Of a DNA stretch of 20,614 nt, positions 16,170-20,614 are shown one piece after another. Within the stretch, counting starts at the first letter, position 1; every line of letters starts with the position of its first letter. The stretch lies in UHGV virus genome UHGV-0225178. One strand, 5' to 3'. Both the position numbers and the translations under genes were made by a program. The notes under the pieces were generated by a model. It had not been told where the DNA came from and made no database searches. It saw only the letters and a program-made list of their open reading frames with translations. Source of the stretch: a virus.

Positions 16170-17102
16170 TCACACCTGTGAGAGTAATTCAGGGTTGGTA
16201 TAAACCTCTTTAAAGGCCGCATTAATATGTTTTTCTGTCAGCGCGGCACCTTCACCGCTGGCGGTGATCCACGCCTGGTTAAGCGTATGTGTCAGAACGC
16301 GTAAGGCTCCCGGCTTTTCAGCGATAGCCTGCATGACAGCCAGCTCGGCCTCACCACTAATCCCCCATGCCCTGGCAATAGCCAGCACATCCGCCTTTTT
16401 GGCCTTGCGAAGTTGTTTTGTACGGGCAAGACGGCTGAACAGGCGCGATAAATCATCAACGGTGCGGCGTCCACCCTTAAACAGTCCGCGCGGGTTACCA
16501 ATAAGCACCATCCCGATCCCCGTGGCGTCCTGGATTGCACGCAGTTGTTCCAGACCGTCAATACCAAGATGATCCGCCTCATCAACAATCACCAGTCCAC
16601 GAGTTCCCATCAGGCGACGGCGGATGGCGCGGGATAACGCCCCCTTGTTCGCGCGGGTGTAATCAATCCCCAGTTCCTCTGCCAGCTCCAGCATACACTC
16701 CGTGACGCTGGAATGCGCGGGCGACAGGGTGATCATCCAGGTGTTCGGTTGCTCCTGACAGTAATTGCGGGCCGTGGCCGTTTTACCCACACCCGGTACG
16801 CCCACAATGACGTTAATACAGCCCATCAGGCGAACCGCCTGAAACAACGCGCGCAGCTCCTGGACTGTCTGCGTTTCCACAAACTGCGGCGGTTCCGGCA
16901 GTGCGCTTTGTTTATTCCAGTTCTCATACCAGGAACGCAGGGAAGCAGCCACAGCAGCGTTATCGCCTTTATATTTTCCCTTACGGAAAGCCGATAATGT
17001 GCCGTCGGAAATTCCCGCCTCTCTGGCGATGGCATACTGCGTCAGTACGCCGCCATCAATAAGTTCATCAATGGTCTTGATTACATCGTTTATATCGGTC
17101 AT
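16170..17102 (-). CDS. B: DNA transposition protein B (AAA+ ATPase, target DNA activator), MuB-like
   Basis: 310 aa; Walker A GVPGVGKT, Walker B LVIVDEADHL, N-terminal HTH-like region; directly downstream of the transposase. Confidence 0.85.
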   Translation of the reverse strand: MTDINDVIKTIDELIDGGVLTQYAIAREAGISDGTLSAFRKGKYKGDNAAVAASLRSWYENWNKQSALPEPPQFVETQTVQELRALFQAVRLMGCINVIVGVPGVGKTATARNYCQEQPNTWMITLSPAHSSVTECMLELAEELGIDYTRANKGALSRAIRRRLMGTRGLVIVDEADHLGIDGLEQLRAIQDATGIGMVLIGNPRGLFKGGRRTVDDLSRLFSRLARTKQLRKAKKADVLAIARAWGISGEAELAVMQAIAEKPGALRVLTHTLNQAWITASGEGAALTEKHINAAFKEVYTNPELLSQV

Positions 17103-17142
17103 ATTATTACCTCGCGTTTGTGTAGTTCCTTTGTTTAATCAA

Positions 17143-17176
17143 ATAACCTGAGTCGCCGCTCGGGTTATTTTTTTAT
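17143..17176 (+). terminator. Terminator-like hairpin in the A-B intergenic region, canonical on the plus strand (antisense to the operon)
   Basis: 10-bp stem ATAACCTGAG / CTCGGGTTAT (one G-U), 6-nt loop, followed by a T run on the plus strand; on the minus (mRNA) strand it is followed only by UUGAUU. Confidence 0.45.
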
Positions 17177-17177
17177 T

Positions 17178-19265
17178 TCAGGCCAGAGGGTCATTTTCTT
17201 TTAATTTCGCTTCAAGCAGCTGCAATCCCCGCTGGAAATTACGCTCGTATTCTTCATCAGGTTCATCCTCAGCGACCGGTTGCTGAACGGTCACTGTATT
17301 ACCCACAGGGCGGTATATATTTTCCAGCCATGGCTCCTGTGGCTTGTGCTCCAGCACGTTGACAACCTCATCCTCGGCATCACGGATTTTTTCCTCTGCG
17401 CGTTTACGCATACCTTTAAGGCGCTGCTGCTGTTTGTAGTATTCCGCGCTGACCGGGAAGGCTTCGCGTTTATTGCCGTCCCATACCGCCTCGCAAATCA
17501 CGCTGCCATCCGGGCGACGCACGGTAATTCGTTCGGCATCATGAATGTCATAGCTGATAAGCACTTTGCGGCCATGTTCATCACGCAGCTCGGGCGCGTA
17601 GTAAATATTATTCAGCCAGCGTATTTCACAGCGTCTTACAGGGCGTTCCACCATCGGCCGGAACATGTCCCGCAGTTCAACATCGGACAGCCATTCAATT
17701 TCCGTGTCCTCTTCCGCCAGGCGTTTTTTTCTGAACTCCGCCGGGCTGTAATGTTTGCCGTTCGGCTTCATGGGTAATTCATCGTGCGGCCGGCTGTTGT
17801 ACCACTCAACGCCGTCACGAATGGCATCAATCAGTTCAGACCAGGACGGTAAATCACGCATCGCTGACTGCTGCCGGGCGTTCAGCCGCTTGCCCTGTTG
17901 CAGGGCAGTGAATGCCGAGCGTAAATCGCGGTTGGTTTTACGTAACGTCTCGCGATCTGCACCTTTCCCGAAATAGGTGCGGTATTTACGGGCTATGCGC
18001 ATCGGTAATGTGCGGTTAAGCCGTTCGATAATGCCCCGTCCCTGCGGGTTACCGGCAATCCCGGTCGGGTGATTAATCCCCAGTCGCGGCAGTATCCCCA
18101 CAATCTCCTTATCCAGGACGTCGGCGGTTTCCCCCGAGCCATTATCCGAGTAATACAGAAACGGTTTGCCGTGATGTCGAATACCGTGCTGTATGGCACC
18201 GGCTACGGCGAAAACATTTTCAGCCAGGTCAAGGCTCCAGCCCACCACAAAGCGCGTGCCGCCGTCGATAACAAAGGTCACTTCCGGTGCAAATGGCCGC
18301 CCGTGAACCGGGTGTGCGCATTTCAGCTTCATGCCGTGACCGTCACCAATCCAGACATAATTCACCGGCATTTTTGACCAGTCGCGGCGAGTGAACCCCT
18401 CAAGCTGGCGGTATTCACTGCCGGTAACCCGGCCTTTTTGTTTCACCACTTCCGGCAGTTTCTTCATTGCGCGGCGAATGGTGTCATAAGAGGGCATGAT
18501 ATCGAGCATATAAGGCTCATCAGCGTGCCGGTGCTGCCATTCAGCGACAAAATCCTCGTAAGCCTCGGTCATTGGTCGGCCGTTTGACTGGCGATACTGC
18601 GCCAGAAACTCGGGCAGCCAGTTAATATCTTCGGCTTTTATTTCCTGACGTTTACCCGGTGCCAGTAAAAGCAGGCGTTCAGCGGCGTTCTGCGCCTTGT
18701 TAAAGGCCGCAATCCAGCGTTTCAGCGTGATTTCACTCAACGCGCGGCTGTTTCCCTTTTTGGCGTTCGCCGTCTCAACCATTGCCACAATGCGCTCGTC
18801 CAGTTGTGATCGTGCCAGGCTGTTAACGAGGAACCGGATAGCCTTAGCGCAACTAAAGCCGGGTTGTTGCGCGATTTTCAGCGCCTCGCTGACGATCGCT
18901 ATTCGTGCCTCTGCCACTTTACGTTGGTTTTCAGTCAGGGCATTGAGGCGTTCGACCATCAGTTGGGGTGATCCGCGATATGCCTCCACCGCATCAACCA
19001 CGGCAGGTGAGCGTCTGGCCTTTGTCACCACCGGAGCCGGTGATTCATCGGCTTTTTGCGTCATCAGTTGCAGGGCGTAGCGTTCACGTAATGCCTGCTG
19101 CGTCACTTCAGGTAAACAGTCGATGCTGTATTCAAAACCTTTAGTGCCTTCCTGGCGGCGTCTGCTGGTTTCGCTGGTTGCATACTTCCTGATTGAATAG
19201 CGGACGCCTTGCTCCGTTCCCGGCATTCCCGGTAATCCAACCAGCTCTTTAACTGAAGCAAACAT
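17178..19265 (-). CDS. A: DDE transposase, MuA-like
   Basis: 695 aa; the N-terminus (VKELVGLPGMPGTEQGVRYSIRKYA...GTKGFEYSIDCLPEVTQQAL) resembles the MuA enhancer-binding winged-helix domain as I recall it; size and position between ner and B. Confidence 0.85.
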   Translation of the reverse strand: MFASVKELVGLPGMPGTEQGVRYSIRKYATSETSRRRQEGTKGFEYSIDCLPEVTQQALRERYALQLMTQKADESPAPVVTKARRSPAVVDAVEAYRGSPQLMVERLNALTENQRKVAEARIAIVSEALKIAQQPGFSCAKAIRFLVNSLARSQLDERIVAMVETANAKKGNSRALSEITLKRWIAAFNKAQNAAERLLLLAPGKRQEIKAEDINWLPEFLAQYRQSNGRPMTEAYEDFVAEWQHRHADEPYMLDIMPSYDTIRRAMKKLPEVVKQKGRVTGSEYRQLEGFTRRDWSKMPVNYVWIGDGHGMKLKCAHPVHGRPFAPEVTFVIDGGTRFVVGWSLDLAENVFAVAGAIQHGIRHHGKPFLYYSDNGSGETADVLDKEIVGILPRLGINHPTGIAGNPQGRGIIERLNRTLPMRIARKYRTYFGKGADRETLRKTNRDLRSAFTALQQGKRLNARQQSAMRDLPSWSELIDAIRDGVEWYNSRPHDELPMKPNGKHYSPAEFRKKRLAEEDTEIEWLSDVELRDMFRPMVERPVRRCEIRWLNNIYYAPELRDEHGRKVLISYDIHDAERITVRRPDGSVICEAVWDGNKREAFPVSAEYYKQQQRLKGMRKRAEEKIRDAEDEVVNVLEHKPQEPWLENIYRPVGNTVTVQQPVAEDEPDEEYERNFQRGLQLLEAKLKENDPLA

Positions 19266-19267
19266 AA

Positions 19268-19498
19268 TTACGCGACCTTACGAATGTAGCGGCTGGGCCA
19301 AATCTCCTCGGGTGGCACACCCAGGCATTCCGCAATAATCCCCTCATACTTGGGAACATGACGGTATACCGCGTTGTACAGGTTGTTCTGACCTACACCA
19401 GCTTTACGTGCCAGCGCCCTCATACTTCCTTCTCTGGCTCTGACTTCCCCCAAGATTCTTTGAGGATGCCAATCAGGCTTAACTTCATTTCTCGCCAT
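19268..19498 (-). CDS. ner: Ner-like DNA-binding early regulator (Ner/Nlp family)
   Basis: 76 aa; WHP-ILGEV, LS-RALARKAG, NNLYNAVYRHVPKYEGIIAE, EEIWPSRY pattern resembles Mu Ner; first gene of the leftward early operon, divergent from the repressor. Confidence 0.75.
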   Translation of the reverse strand: MARNEVKPDWHPQRILGEVRAREGSMRALARKAGVGQNNLYNAVYRHVPKYEGIIAECLGVPPEEIWPSRYIRKVA

Positions 19499-19682
19499 GA
19501 TTCATCTATCCTAAAAAGTTACGAAATTTGATAACCAAAGTTAGTTATCAAGTTTAATACAAGTATTGATCCACTTGTGATTCATGTAAAGCAAAAAATC
19601 ATCTTTCTTTTGTCTTTTGTGGATCATTGGTTGCTTATGCGGCTAAAAGCCAATAATTTCAAATTGATAGGAAGAAAAGAAA
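19499..19682. promoter_or_regulatory. Divergent repressor / early-operon control region (operators, early and repressor promoters)
   Basis: AT-rich 184-bp gap between divergent genes. Near-palindrome TTGATAAC-N8-GTTATCAA (19518-19541); inverted repeat TGATCCAC (19557-19564) / GTGGATCA (19609-19616); direct repeat TTGTGATTCA / TTGTGGATCA; possible -35 TTGCTT (19621) and -10 TAATTT (19644) for the repressor gene. Confidence 0.55.
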
Positions 19683-20228
19683 ATGAACAAGCAAGCAACA
19701 ACATCTCTTTCTTTTCCAGGTGGTAGAAAAGAAAGCATTGCTGAACGTCTGAAAAGGCTGATTGGCCCCCGTAGCGTCAGAGCTGCCGCAAGAGATTGGG
19801 GGCTTTCATTTTCAACGCTAAACAATTATCTGTCTCGTGGCACTGAACCATCCTTAAGTGTCGCCCTTCAGATTGCGTCTATCGAAGGGGTTAGTGTTGA
19901 GTGGCTGTGTGGATTCAGTGATGCGCCTCAAGTGAATCATAGTGAGATCAAGGCAAATCAAGATGAAAGCAAGAAGATAATTATGACCATTATCAGCGCA
20001 CTTGACGAAAAAGACTTAGAGCAGCTATCGAAAAATTTAGTTCTGAATGGAGCCAAGTACTTAGCTCGGCTGTTAGAGCCTGAAAATCAAGATCTAATCC
20101 GCTTAGAAGGAAGGAAAAGAATAGCTGCGTTACAGCTTGAAGGTATGTCTGACGAACGCGTCAGAGAGATTTTGGAAGAAACTGAGAGAAGTCGCAAATC
20201 TAACGCGGTAGACTCGAAAGCGGGTTAA
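19683..20228 (+). CDS. Prophage repressor with CI/Cro-type (XRE-like) N-terminal HTH and helical C-terminal domain
   Basis: 181 aa; HTH pattern AARDWGLSFSTLNNYLSRGTEPSLSVALQIASIEGVSVEWLCG; AGGAAG RBS; divergent from ner at the prophage end. Confidence 0.7.
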   Translation: MNKQATTSLSFPGGRKESIAERLKRLIGPRSVRAAARDWGLSFSTLNNYLSRGTEPSLSVALQIASIEGVSVEWLCGFSDAPQVNHSEIKANQDESKKIIMTIISALDEKDLEQLSKNLVLNGAKYLARLLEPENQDLIRLEGRKRIAALQLEGMSDERVREILEETERSRKSNAVDSKAG

Positions 20229-20298
20229 TAGCATTAGCCCGCATTTTGCTCTGTATTGCGTATTTTGCATTATTTGAAACGCCCTAAAAGGCTAAAAC

Positions 20299-20470
20299 CA
20301 CAGTATCAAATGAGTTGCCGATTTTATAATAAATGACTAATTATTGCACAATCGGTATCAAATAGACTTTATCCGCCCATCCAGTCATCACCTGTTTTAT
20401 TTCAGTATCTTACAGGTGATTTCACCTCCTTTCACTAAAACCCTTGTCAGTATCAAATGATTCACCTGGT
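20299..20470. repeat. Cluster of direct 11-13-nt repeats (AGTATCAAATGA family) in the prophage end region; candidate transposase-binding att sites
   Basis: CAGTATCAAATGA at 20300-20312 and again at 20448-20460, GGTATCAAATAGA at 20354-20366, a related AGTATCTTACAGG at 20403-20415, plus TGATTTCAC/TGATTCAC at 20416 and 20458; all lie between the repressor stop and the host gene fragment. Confidence 0.35.
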
Positions 20471-20497
20471 TATATTCTGCGCCGCAGCAAACCCATC

Positions 20498-20614
20498 TTA
20501 TTCTGGAGTAGTCGGTTTTTCTGTCAGTTGGCTGTGGTACTGCCGACGATATTCCGACGGCGAGCGTTCGGTATTTTTACGAAACAGACGGCAGAAGTAG
20601 TTGCTGTCGACAAA
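20498..20614 (-). CDS. Partial CDS (5' part outside window): C-terminal end of an AraC/XylS-family transcriptional regulator (likely host gene flanking the prophage)
   Basis: Hand translation of the minus strand from the window edge gives FVDSNYFCRLFRKNTERSPSEYRRQYHSQLTEKPTTPE-stop, matching the conserved second HTH of AraC-family proteins; stop codon at 20498-20500. Confidence 0.55.
   Translation of the reverse strand, partial: FVDSNYFCRLFRKNTERSPSEYRRQYHSQLTEKPTTPE

Larger units (their letters stand above)
1..20497. mobile_element. Mu-like transposable prophage, left/early half through head genes, inverted relative to the standard Mu map; right boundary approximate, left part continues beyond window
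   Basis: Gene order repressor / ner / A / B / gam / gemA-position gene / Mor-C activator / lys / spanins / terminase / portal / F / G / I / T matches phage Mu, all co-oriented on the minus strand except the divergent repressor; host-like AraC-family gene fragment begins at 20498. Confidence 0.85.

Noticed and set aside
20560-20614. MuA-type terminal binding site at the extreme window end (ACGAAAC-containing sequence)
   Set aside because: Only a partial match to the Mu end consensus, and the same sequence reads cleanly as the C-terminal HTH of an AraC-family protein, so it is more likely host coding sequence.

Overview
The window is about 20 kb from the left (early) half of a Mu-like transposable prophage, lying inverted so that nearly all genes are on the minus strand. 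Calls rest on reading the six-frame translations, motifs, start-codon context and synteny with phage Mu; no database search was possible. Reading from high to low coordinates: a CI-type HTH repressor (+ strand), then ner-like, a MuA-like DDE transposase, a MuB-like AAA+ ATPase, three small genes, gam, a tightly coupled block of unknown early genes that includes a low-GC insert encoding small membrane proteins, a gemA-position gene, an intrinsic terminator, a single Mor/C-family activator, a lysis cassette with no recognisable holin, gp26/gp27-like genes, large terminase, portal, F, G, protease/scaffold I and major head T. The high-coordinate end reaches the prophage-host junction (C-terminal fragment of an AraC-family regulator at 20498-20614). 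The low-coordinate end stops inside a perfect (CGGCTT)x13 repeat that is in frame with a partial gene downstream of T. The strongest candidates for something undescribed are the low-GC insert at 11494-12525 and the neighbouring unknown early genes, including a protein with three Myb/SANT-like repeats.
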